From: a bacterium
Lineage (GTDB): Bacteria; Bdellovibrionota_C; UBA2361; CALJRW01
Assembly (NCBI GenBank): GCA_031385045.1
Contig: JANNBC010000010.1
Span: 32,001 to 96,000, forward strand
Direction: 5' to 3'
DNA: 64,000 nt
The translations under genes were made by a program, and so were the position numbers. The number at the start of each line of letters is the position of its first letter. Positions within the stretch are counted from its first letter, which is position 1. The notes beneath the pieces are model-generated. The model saw nothing but the letters and a program-made list of their open reading frames with translations, did no database searches and was not told the DNA's origin. Below are positions 48,393 to 57,447 of this stretch, piece by piece.

Positions 48393-48918
48393 GGTAATTT
48401 TTTGGTTCTAAAGTCATAATTCGAAAATATTCTTTGTTATGAATACAGAGAAAGTCAGTCAGGCCAAATGTTAAGGCTCCTATCGTGCAATTAATTTTAA
48501 CATTCACAGTAAATGTGAGTAGCACATTCTCTTTTGGGAACTTTGAGGCGATATTATCATCATCAAAATTTCTTAAGCTAGTTTGCCTTGGGATACAGAT
48601 CCGGGCAGTGAATGGAAGAATCTCAGGGCTGACTTCAGTGGTGTGGACTTGAAAATTATTAAGGATATTTTCCCATTTAATTTTTAATTGATCGGCTTCA
48701 ATCAACTTCCCATTTATGTCGACCATCGGTAATAACTCCCCAGTTGCTACGTCTAAAAGCAATTCTTCTGTTACATAATTAATCGATGCTTTATCAATAA
48801 AAATCAAACTAAGCTGAATTGTTGTAAACAAGACACTAGCAAAAATTGGAAAGATCAAAGCGAACTCAATAAAAGCAGCGCCCTTGATGGAATTAGTTTT
48901 GCTTAAGTCCTGGAACAT
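48370..48918 (-). CDS. TadE-like pseudopilin
   Basis: Prepilin motif KG-AAFIEFALIFP. Confidence 0.8.
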   Translation of the reverse strand: MFQDLSKTNSIKGAAFIEFALIFPIFASVLFTTIQLSLIFIDKASINYVTEELLLDVATGELLPMVDINGKLIEADQLKIKWENILNNFQVHTTEVSPEILPFTARICIPRQTSLRNFDDDNIASKFPKENVLLTFTVNVKINCTIGALTFGLTDFLCIHNKEYFRIMTLEPKNYHDCPLSK

Positions 48919-49622
48919 TATGTACGCTCACAAAAAGTATTACTGGCGGCAATGCTTTCTGCTACTGGTTTCCATTGATAAGGAGTATAGCCAGTCATTC
49001 TTGGGCATCCCTCGGAACTATTTATACCTCCAGGTTTTAATGGATTTGAGGGGCTCAGTGTTTTAGCTGTATTAAATTTACCCACAAGATCGTCTCGGTC
49101 AAAGCTTGTTGGAATTGGTGTGAGGAGTGTCTGGCAATTTTTATTTGAGCCAGAGATCCCTAGGATGGAGGTTGGCTCTTTGAGTTTAATACCCATCCAG
49201 ACATAGCCGGTGATTATTTGAAAATTATTTTGAGCAGTACTGCCGATTGCATCGGCATAAAGGTCAACTTTAATAGTATAATCATCGAGGTTTAAGTTTG
49301 AATCGCTTAATTTTAGAAAGTCTTTAATTAGTTTCTTTATCTGACTATCCTCTGAGTTGGTATCTTGTGTTAGGTCTTTTAGGGTGTCCTCGTCATCTGG
49401 AAGAAATTCAATGTTTTGTAGTGTGTCATCGTTGCTACAACTTGATGCTTCGCTAATTCCAACAGCCGTTTGCTGAAGAATTCGGCTTAAATCGGCATTT
49501 TTCTTTAAATATCCAGAAAATTCGATAATTCCAAAGGTTGCTAGGATTAGAAAGGAGGTTGCAACAACCCCCTCAATCATTACACCGCCAAATTCTGAAA
49601 GGTTTCCTTTTGATTTAAACAC
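48918..49622 (-). CDS. TadE/TadF-like pseudopilin
   Basis: FG-GVMIEGVVATSFLILATFGIIEF prepilin-like motif; coupled to the next gene. Confidence 0.7.
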   Translation of the reverse strand: MFKSKGNLSEFGGVMIEGVVATSFLILATFGIIEFSGYLKKNADLSRILQQTAVGISEASSCSNDDTLQNIEFLPDDEDTLKDLTQDTNSEDSQIKKLIKDFLKLSDSNLNLDDYTIKVDLYADAIGSTAQNNFQIITGYVWMGIKLKEPTSILGISGSNKNCQTLLTPIPTSFDRDDLVGKFNTAKTLSPSNPLKPGGINSSEGCPRMTGYTPYQWKPVAESIAASNTFCERT

Positions 49623-49772
49623 AGTTAATATTGTAGAATTCTATAGTGATAAGGATCATAAATTATTTCTTATTTTTACTATATCACTTACATAAAGGTA
49701 AGATGATATTTAGATGCACCAAAATCCAATTCGGCTTTTGATACGTGTCGACTGTTTTTTAAAGAATGTTTA

Positions 49773-50531
49773 ATGCTTAATAAAGACAAAATCTCCGAAA
49801 GAAGGGCTAATTTACGAGAGGCTTTTCACCAAAGACGCTTTTTATTGCCTAATCTAGTGACTCTTGGGAATCTTTTTTGTGGATTCTTGTCTATTATATA
49901 CGCCAGTAGTGGTCGGTATGAAAAAGCTGTTTTGGCAATTTTTGTTGGTGCTCTGCTAGATGCCCTTGATGGTCGAGTAGCTAGAAGATTTGATGCCTCC
50001 TCCAAGTTCGGTTTGGAATTTGATTCTTTATCAGATTTAGTAACCTTTGGAGTTGCTCCAGCCTTCTTGATGTATCAGTGGTGCTTTAAAACTGGTGCCG
50101 ATGAATTTGGAGTTATTGTTTGTTTTATTTATGTCATTTGCGCTGCTGCGCGCTTGGCTAGGTTTAACGTTGTTGATAGTGGCAGTAAGGATTTTACTGG
50201 AATGCCCTCTCCCGCAGCCGCGGCGATGATCGTCTCAGTAGTTAATTTATTTCCAAGTATTGCCTTGCCGACTTTTTCTGTAGCTTTAGGAAGTGCCTAT
50301 ATTTTAATTGTTGCCTATCTGATGGTTTGTCATATCCCATATTCTAGTGGCAAGAAATTTAAGTTTAAAAACCAGCTTAGTTTTGTAATCTTAGTTGGAG
50401 CCTTAATCGCGATGCTTTGGTATGAGCCCCGTTTAACAGTATTTCTTCTAGCTTTAACTTACTGTTTAAGTGGACCAGTTAAATTACTTCCTTTTTTTAG
50501 CAAGAAGCAAGCTCCAGCTACTCCTATCTAG
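49773..50531 (+). CDS. pssA: CDP-diacylglycerol--serine O-phosphatidyltransferase
   Basis: LPNLVTLGN, DALDGRVAR...G.EFDSLSDLVTFGVAPA, RLARFN, FTGMPSP. Confidence 0.93.
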   Translation: MLNKDKISERRANLREAFHQRRFLLPNLVTLGNLFCGFLSIIYASSGRYEKAVLAIFVGALLDALDGRVARRFDASSKFGLEFDSLSDLVTFGVAPAFLMYQWCFKTGADEFGVIVCFIYVICAAARLARFNVVDSGSKDFTGMPSPAAAAMIVSVVNLFPSIALPTFSVALGSAYILIVAYLMVCHIPYSSGKKFKFKNQLSFVILVGALIAMLWYEPRLTVFLLALTYCLSGPVKLLPFFSKKQAPATPI

Positions 50532-51163
50532 TGTGTAGCTTTGCGGTAATATTTAACTTCAGCTGGCATTAGATTTAACCAGATATTTTTTTTGCTGGTG
50601 CGATTGAAGTAATGTTGATTATCTAAAAATTTCACTAATTCTCTACGACGAGTTTGTTCTTTTAGCGGCAGGATTTGTCCTAGTTCTTTGCACCCCCAGT
50701 ATGAAAAATAGCTTAATTTAGCCTCTTCCTTAGAGAGTTGATGAAACTTCTTGAAAATATCTTCGGCAAGTTCTGCTGGAAAGTTTAAGAACGGTATTGA
50801 GCAAACAATAAAATCATAATAGTTTTCCTTCTCAATATCTTGAACTGGGCCTTCAAAGATTTCGATGTTTTTGCGGTTTATAAGGTAATTTTCATCAGTT
50901 TCTAGGTATTTGCGTAAAATATCGCAAAGCATTGGATTCATCTCGCAGAGTGTTAGATGATCTTGCGGGCGAAGTTTTTTAAGGATTTGTTTAGTAATTG
51001 GGCCAGTGCCGGCGCCTGCTTCCAAGATTTTTACAGGTCTGTTATCGTGTGCAGTAATGATTTCAGTTAGAGCTTTTGATAAAAAGCTGGAGCTGGGCAT
51101 TAAGGTTCCTGTGGCCGCAAAATCTTTGGCCATAGACTTCATTAGCGCAAATTGTTTTTCCAT
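50528..51163 (-). CDS. Phospholipid N-methyltransferase-like SAM-dependent methyltransferase
   Basis: GTLMPSSSFL, ILEAGAGTGPIT, SIPFLNFP, IWLNLMPA pattern typical of the PmtA/OlsG-like family. Confidence 0.72.
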   Translation of the reverse strand: MEKQFALMKSMAKDFAATGTLMPSSSFLSKALTEIITAHDNRPVKILEAGAGTGPITKQILKKLRPQDHLTLCEMNPMLCDILRKYLETDENYLINRKNIEIFEGPVQDIEKENYYDFIVCSIPFLNFPAELAEDIFKKFHQLSKEEAKLSYFSYWGCKELGQILPLKEQTRRRELVKFLDNQHYFNRTSKKNIWLNLMPAEVKYYRKATH

Positions 51164-51178
51164 ATTTAATTACAGATT

Positions 51179-52600
51179 ATGTTGTATAATTTTTTAGACA
51201 CTAACCTTACTTTAGATTTTTCAAAATCTCAATTTTCCAGCTATTTAGCAAATTGCCCTAAAACTCTCTGGATCAAGGCTCTAGCAGATCTGAGGTTATT
51301 AGAAGCTGGTGAGCTTGTAAATCGCAGTGAAGGACGGATGGTTGGTCATTATTGGCTTCGTGATTCAGCGCTCAGTCCAAGTCCTGAAATTAAGCAAGAA
51401 ATCGATAGCTTAATTGTCGAAGTTTCTGAATTTGTTCAGAAAATTGATGCTGGTAAAATCCTGAGTTCGGCCGGAAAAGCTTTTGAGAAGATTCTATTAG
51501 TTGGGATCGGAGGCTCAGCACTAGGACCGCAATTTATTGCTAGAGCTTTGCAGTATAAGTCCAAGCGTCAGTTATTCTTTTTTGATAATACGGATCCTGA
51601 AGGATTTGAAGATACGTTAAATGTTATTGGAGATTTAAGTACGACATTAGTCTTAGTTGTGACTAAGTCAGGTGGTACACCAGAAACTGCTAATGGTTGT
51701 AGGGTTGCCGAGTATGCTTTTCAGGAACAAGGTTTAGCTTTTGCACCCAATGCTGTTGCCGTGACTATGCCAAATAGTAAGTTAGAAAACATTGCTAAAG
51801 ATCAAAATTGGTTAAAGGTAGTACATTTATCTGATTGGGTTGGTGGAAGAACTAGTATCTGGTCGGCTGTTGGTCTCTTGCCATTTGCATTATTAGGCTT
51901 TGATTTAAAGCAATTTTTAACAGGTGCTAAGGATATGGATTTGCTTGGTAGATCTGAGCAGATTGAATTTAATCCTTCTCTATTACTAGCCACGTATTGG
52001 TTGCAAGAGGCGCAAGGTAAGGGTGCTAAGTCTTTGGTAGTCTTGCCCTACTCAGATCGCTTAGAGTTATTTAGTAAATACTTGCAACAGTTAATCATGG
52101 AAAGCTTAGGCAAGGAACACAATCTTAGTGGTCAAGTTGTTAATCAAGGATTAACTGTTTTTGGAAATAAAGGTTCCACAGATCAACATTCTTACGTTCA
52201 GCAACTTCGCAGTGGTACTAATAATTTCTTTGCGATCTTTATTAAACCAATTAAAGTTAATTCTAAGTATAACCTCAAGATTGGTGATAATCATATTAGT
52301 GATTATTTAAGTGGTTTTTTGCTTGGAACTCGCCAAGCACTTTTTGAAAATGGACGTAATAGCTTAACAATCACAATTCCAGAAGTGAATGAATATTACT
52401 TAGGATCTTTAGTTGCCTTGTTTGAAAGAGCAGTTAGTTTTTATGCTAGCTTTGTTGATGTTAATGCTTACGATCAGCCAGGAGTTGAAGCTGGTAAGAA
52501 GGCCGCGGATTATTATTTAAAAATGTTTAGTTCCACTGGTACTTTATCTGAAAGTTTAGACGCTGGGGATTTAAATTTAATTCCAAAGCTTAAGCATTAG
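51179..52600 (+). CDS. pgi: Glucose-6-phosphate isomerase
   Basis: GIGGSALGP, TKSGGTPET, VGGRTS, QQLIMESLGK, GSTDQH, YDQPGVEAGK. Confidence 0.95.
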   Translation: MLYNFLDTNLTLDFSKSQFSSYLANCPKTLWIKALADLRLLEAGELVNRSEGRMVGHYWLRDSALSPSPEIKQEIDSLIVEVSEFVQKIDAGKILSSAGKAFEKILLVGIGGSALGPQFIARALQYKSKRQLFFFDNTDPEGFEDTLNVIGDLSTTLVLVVTKSGGTPETANGCRVAEYAFQEQGLAFAPNAVAVTMPNSKLENIAKDQNWLKVVHLSDWVGGRTSIWSAVGLLPFALLGFDLKQFLTGAKDMDLLGRSEQIEFNPSLLLATYWLQEAQGKGAKSLVVLPYSDRLELFSKYLQQLIMESLGKEHNLSGQVVNQGLTVFGNKGSTDQHSYVQQLRSGTNNFFAIFIKPIKVNSKYNLKIGDNHISDYLSGFLLGTRQALFENGRNSLTITIPEVNEYYLGSLVALFERAVSFYASFVDVNAYDQPGVEAGKKAADYYLKMFSSTGTLSESLDAGDLNLIPKLKH

Positions 52601-52647
52601 TTTTTTTGGGGAATTAATATTGCTTGCTAGGGAGCAAGGTGATGTGA

Positions 52648-54168
52648 TTAGGGAGTTTTTAGCTTAAATACTTTGGTGTCGCCTTGGCTATAAATTTCCT
52701 GATAGCTTGCTTGGAGTAGTTTGGGAGAGGCGATTACTTTTGCGGAACGTTGATTAATTATTAGTAGTGGAACGCCAGCCTTAACTTTCTGTTTAAGGCT
52801 TCTCATGCTTGTGACATGAAAATTCTCTTGTTCTGTAATACTTAGTTTTTGTCCAATATTTAAACCAAAGTTATTAACGATCTCTGGCACAAAGCTTGCT
52901 TGCGAATTAAATAAATATCCCGGCCAAATTGCCACTAATTCTTTTTTTTCTGGATTTAACTTAGCTAGTTCTAGCGCTAAAGCATCGAGCTCAAAAATAC
53001 TATGAGGAGGAACAAGGGCGGTGCCTTTGTAGCCTTGGTTTGTTTTTGATGCTTGCTCGGTAAATGAGCGGAGATCGCTTGAAAATCCCCAACCATAGGT
53101 GAATGTAATGATTAATAATCCAAGTAAGTATAATTGCTTGCCAAAGCCTCTAGTTAAAAGGGGATTGATTAGTAGAATGATATTTGTAATTAAGAAGGGA
53201 ATTAAAATTGAAAAGTATTGTACCTGACTGGGAGTAGGGACAAAACTGATTAGTAATAATGCTCCAATAAATAATAAAGACCAATCAAAGCGGAGACGTT
53301 TAATGGAAGTTAATATCGCAGAGATGATTGCTGTCCAAATAAGGAGTGGAATTTGCAAGCTTGCAAATTTAATTGCGGCTCTAAGGCCTAATAGTCCCTG
53401 AAGAATTAATTTTTTTTGCTCTAATGCTTCTGCAATTGACCAGTTAGATCTTAAGAGATGATAACCTAAGTTGTTAAACCAAAATTTTTCTGGATTAAGA
53501 CAACAAAGAACTAACATTGGTGACCCGCCAACTAGTCCCCCAAAAATAAAAGGTAGTAATAGTCTCCGGTTTTTAAAGAATATAATTAGAACACAAGCCG
53601 GAGCTAATATTGCCACATAAGAGCGACAGCCAATTGCCGAGGCTAGAAAGATCCCCGCTAAAAATCCACGTAAGCGATTTGGAGTGACGGCAATTAAATA
53701 GTAACTCGTATAAAGCAACACTGCGGTTAGTCCATAGTTTTTAATTGGCAAGAACCAGTTAAGAGCTAGGGCGGAGGTATTAAATAAGATTAATCCAGTA
53801 AGGGCTGAAAAAGTTCTACAGTTATTTCGTAAACGTGCAAAAATTAACAATCCAATTAATGAAAATAAAAGTGAAGTAAAGATTCGAGCGCTAAGCCAAC
53901 TGGCACCAAAGATTTTAAACCAACTGGCAATGATATAAGGCTGATAGGGTGCTTGTGGGTAAAAGAAATCTAAGTAAGGAACTTTGCCCTGGGATACTAG
54001 TTCTGCTGCTAATAAATAGAACCCTTCATCTGGTGCAACGTAGCGAGCTGTGCCGAGAGTGCTGATCCATAAAAACTGTGTGATAAGTAATAATGGATAA
54101 ATTAAACTGTTTTTTGTCCAGACAGAGTTAGAGCAGTAGGAGTCATGTCTTATCACTTTGGAATTCAT
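52648..54168 (-). CDS. GT-C fold glycosyltransferase (ArnT/PMT-like)
   Basis: TM1 followed by PDEGFY...G.VPYLDFFYPQAP, then many TM helices. Confidence 0.8.
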   Translation of the reverse strand: MNSKVIRHDSYCSNSVWTKNSLIYPLLLITQFLWISTLGTARYVAPDEGFYLLAAELVSQGKVPYLDFFYPQAPYQPYIIASWFKIFGASWLSARIFTSLLFSLIGLLIFARLRNNCRTFSALTGLILFNTSALALNWFLPIKNYGLTAVLLYTSYYLIAVTPNRLRGFLAGIFLASAIGCRSYVAILAPACVLIIFFKNRRLLLPFIFGGLVGGSPMLVLCCLNPEKFWFNNLGYHLLRSNWSIAEALEQKKLILQGLLGLRAAIKFASLQIPLLIWTAIISAILTSIKRLRFDWSLLFIGALLLISFVPTPSQVQYFSILIPFLITNIILLINPLLTRGFGKQLYLLGLLIITFTYGWGFSSDLRSFTEQASKTNQGYKGTALVPPHSIFELDALALELAKLNPEKKELVAIWPGYLFNSQASFVPEIVNNFGLNIGQKLSITEQENFHVTSMRSLKQKVKAGVPLLIINQRSAKVIASPKLLQASYQEIYSQGDTKVFKLKTP

Positions 54169-54408
54169 CAGACTGATTGTTGGCTATATTTGAGTTAAGT
54201 GGTTTTCTTACTTGTAAGTCAAGGGGGATTAGAGCACTTCAAGCTAAACTTTTCAACTAAAGCTTTATTGATTGGAATAATAATTTTAATTATTTCAGTG
54301 CGTTAAGGAAAGTTCTTGGAGAGTTACTTGGCCTCTAAAGATTAGACACATTTTAGAATTTGTGATTTCATATCGTCAGATTAATCAAACTCTTTTCGTA
54401 GTACTTCC

Positions 54409-55764
54409 ATGACAAAAAAAATAATCCTCATTTCAATCTTTATTCTGCTAGTTGCGGGGGTATCCTTTTATCTGATGGGTGCTAATAAGAATCTGACAGT
54501 TAGTCCAGTTGCTGCAAGCTCCGAGTCTGATTTTGTTCTACCAGCAACAGATAATATCGTCTTCTTAGTGATAGATACTTTGCGGGCGGATCACTTACCT
54601 TTTTATGGTTATAATGTTGATACAGCTCCATTTTTATCGGAGTTAGCCGCAAAATCAATTGTATTTGAAAATGCCTTTTCTGCTAGCTCCACCACAGCTC
54701 CTTCCATGGCCTCAGTTTTTACTTCTGTCTATCCGTCTCAACATGGAGTGTTGATGGGGATGCAAGCAACCAAGCGTTTGAAGCAACAGTTAGATGAGCC
54801 GTATCAGGATCTTTCGATTAATAAAATTCCAGCAGAGTTATTAACCTTAGGTGAGATGATGAAGCAGTCTGGATTTAAGACTTATGGTGTTGCTGATAAT
54901 TTAAATATTGATCATCAAATTGGCTATATCGAAGGCTTTGATAAATTTAAAACTTTTCAATACGAGGGAGCTGCCAATTTAAATAATGTTGCCATGGAAT
55001 ATTATCCCGATCTACAAAATTCCAAACATTTTTTATACTTGCACTATATGGATCCGCATATTCCATATCATCAGCGCGAGCCTTGGTTTGATAAAAATCA
55101 CCCCAATCCTAAAATTGCTGCCTATGATAGTGAAATCCGTTATGCCGATGAGCATATTAAAAAAATCTTTGAGCAGTACAATGTTTTAGAAAACTCCTTA
55201 GTAGTTTTTCTATCTGATCATGGTGAAGAGCTGGGAGATCATGGTGATTATGGTCATGGTAGAAATCTTTATCCAGAAGTTATTCGCGTTCCCTTATTTG
55301 TTTATCATCGCAACTTAAAACCAGCGCGAGTTAAACAGCCAGTGTCAACAATTGATGTTTTACCGACCTTAGCTAAGGTTACTAAAATGGAAGCACAGCC
55401 TTATTGGGAAGGGGAATCACTAACCACCTATTTTAATGATCATGATTTTGTTAAGCCCCGCACGACATTCTCCCAATTATTAGGCCCTAAAGAGTATGTG
55501 CGAGAATTGTTTATGGCAGCGCATGATCAAGATCATTGGTTATACATTGACGCAATTAGTCAGGAGCGCAAAGAGTTATTTCATCTTTCCGAAGATCCAC
55601 TTGCTTTGGAAGATTTATTATTAGCTTATCCTAATAAATCAACTGAGCTTTCTTCGGAGCTTGAGGTTCTCTCCAAGAAGAGCCCAATCAGCGCACCAGA
55701 AAAAGTCGATATTAAGATGAATAAAAAGACAGTCAATAAATTAAAAACTTTAGGATATTTCTAA
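54409..55764 (+). CDS. Exported sulfatase-like hydrolase/transferase (alkaline phosphatase superfamily, Thr at the nucleophile position)
   Basis: N-terminal anchor; IDTLRADHL, STTAPSMAS, HYMDPH, SDHGE, C-terminal LKTLGYF. Confidence 0.88.
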   Translation: MTKKIILISIFILLVAGVSFYLMGANKNLTVSPVAASSESDFVLPATDNIVFLVIDTLRADHLPFYGYNVDTAPFLSELAAKSIVFENAFSASSTTAPSMASVFTSVYPSQHGVLMGMQATKRLKQQLDEPYQDLSINKIPAELLTLGEMMKQSGFKTYGVADNLNIDHQIGYIEGFDKFKTFQYEGAANLNNVAMEYYPDLQNSKHFLYLHYMDPHIPYHQREPWFDKNHPNPKIAAYDSEIRYADEHIKKIFEQYNVLENSLVVFLSDHGEELGDHGDYGHGRNLYPEVIRVPLFVYHRNLKPARVKQPVSTIDVLPTLAKVTKMEAQPYWEGESLTTYFNDHDFVKPRTTFSQLLGPKEYVRELFMAAHDQDHWLYIDAISQERKELFHLSEDPLALEDLLLAYPNKSTELSSELEVLSKKSPISAPEKVDIKMNKKTVNKLKTLGYF

Positions 55765-55786
55765 TCATTAGTTTAAAAAAGTTTTT

Positions 55787-57151
55787 TTACTGAAAGCCTG
55801 TATAAAAAGAGGCTCTAGAAATCCGATTATTAGGAAGCTTTTCCGAGGTGTTACAAATACCATTAAAGATTTTAGGATTGCCATAGATCCAGATACTCTT
55901 TTCATTATAGACAATGACTTCTTCTCGACAGTCTCCTAGAATATCAAAGTGTTGAGTGTAGTGTTCATCGTAACGGCGACTTGGTAGTCTTGCTGGAGGG
56001 AAAGGAAATTTAGCGATTAGTTTTCCTCTCGCGTTATAAAGAGCAGGGTCAGTGACATCTGTTCTAGAGACCAACAAGAAGCTCTGATCTTTAGCACCAT
56101 TCCAGCCATCAACAGTATTAATCATTGTTAGAAAGCCAAAGGGCTCACTCTTCCAGAGTTTATGATTATCAGCATCAATGATCTTAACGATGCCTAATCT
56201 ATTACGATCGACATAGGCAACTTCTTGTTCTGGCTTACCTTGAAAGTGTCCAAAGGTAGTGTGTTGGGCATGACGCATTTTAAAAGTTTGTAAGATTTCA
56301 CCGTCAGGATTTAGTAGGTAGCCATTGCCACTGGCAGCATAGGAAATTGTTTTTTGACCATCATTTTGCATGTCTCCAATATCGATCGCGTCATTATGCA
56401 TCGGAATTTCTGGATGACTCCAAACTAGCGGATTAGAAATATTGGTAAAATCAAACAGACTATATCCAATTAGTAATTCATCAATCCCATCATTATTAAA
56501 ATCATAGGCCATAGGAAAGTGACCAGTGTTTAATCCTGTAGAATATATTTTGGTAAATGTATGATCGTAAATTGAGAAAGAATAGTATCGTGATTTAAGT
56601 AATAGTGCGGGATGATCGCTGCTAAGAAGATTCGCAATAAAAATCACATCCCTTTCGTTACTATCAACTTCAACTTGCTGTATGAGAGAGCCATCAAGTC
56701 CATTTAGTAAATAAAGTTGATTCTGTTGTAAGATTAAGACTTCGCTCTTGCCATCACCATCCCAATCATAGATTTGCACACCAAGATCTCGTGGTGAGTG
56801 ATATGCTCCAAGAATACTTTTCCCCCAGGTCCAAAGAATCTTGCCAGCTAGATCCATTGCTAGCACATGGGTGACATGCTGTCCGCCACGATTTTGGGCA
56901 ACAACGATCTCTGATTTGCCATCACCGGTTAGATCCCCAAAACGAATATTGCGACCAGCATACTTTGTTGGGATATTAATGCTTTTTAGTAGTTTTCCGT
57001 TTTGATTAAGGGTGTTTAGAATTCTTTGCTTTCTTGCTGTTCTTTTTAGCGGTTGGCTAGATTCTAATGGGCAGGCTTCGCTAAATTGTAGAATTATTAA
57101 AACATTTAGTAATAGGAGAATGCGAGAAAAGATAGGGAGTGATACTCGCAT
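55787..57151 (-). CDS. Secreted FG-GAP / PL11 rhamnogalacturonan-lyase-like beta-propeller
   Basis: Signal peptide; repeats GDLTGDGKSEI, YDWDGDGKSEV, YDFNNDGIDEL; HNDA, HAQH; C-terminal DILGDCREEVI. Confidence 0.7.
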   Translation of the reverse strand: MRVSLPIFSRILLLLNVLIILQFSEACPLESSQPLKRTARKQRILNTLNQNGKLLKSINIPTKYAGRNIRFGDLTGDGKSEIVVAQNRGGQHVTHVLAMDLAGKILWTWGKSILGAYHSPRDLGVQIYDWDGDGKSEVLILQQNQLYLLNGLDGSLIQQVEVDSNERDVIFIANLLSSDHPALLLKSRYYSFSIYDHTFTKIYSTGLNTGHFPMAYDFNNDGIDELLIGYSLFDFTNISNPLVWSHPEIPMHNDAIDIGDMQNDGQKTISYAASGNGYLLNPDGEILQTFKMRHAQHTTFGHFQGKPEQEVAYVDRNRLGIVKIIDADNHKLWKSEPFGFLTMINTVDGWNGAKDQSFLLVSRTDVTDPALYNARGKLIAKFPFPPARLPSRRYDEHYTQHFDILGDCREEVIVYNEKSIWIYGNPKIFNGICNTSEKLPNNRISRASFYTGFQ

Positions 57152-57220
57152 GGAAAAATAGTGACTAAAAGGGCTGAGCATCAGCCTACCAAATTCTTTG
57201 AATTTATGTAAGATTACTAA

Positions 57221-57431
57221 CCTGAGTTTTGGATAAGAAAGCGTTATGAGAAAGTCGAAGTGCTTGAATTAATTGAAAAAAGAACCTTTTTTTAATTAAT
57301 GTAAATTGCTAAGGAAAGAAAAATTTCTATTCGCAGCTGATGTAGCACATCAGCGAGACTGGAAATTTTTCTTTCCAACGCAATTTCAAGTAGTTAGACT
57401 TTCGTAATAGCTAGCTTATCCAAAACTCAGG
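57221..57431. mobile_element. 211-bp MITE with 17-bp perfect TIRs and a 7-bp target-site duplication
   Basis: CCTGAGTTTTGGATAAG (57221-57237) and CTTATCCAAAACTCAGG (57415-57431); TTACTAA at 57214-57220 and 57432-57438; no ORF. Confidence 0.8.
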
Positions 57432-57447
57432 TTACTAAGTAAAATTT

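Noticed and set aside
57215..57438. Possible integron attC site (TAAC...GTTA ends)
   Set aside because: Ends do not fit RYYYAAC/GTTRRRY, it is longer than typical attC, lies between divergent genes, and no integrase is present. TIR plus TSD explains it better.
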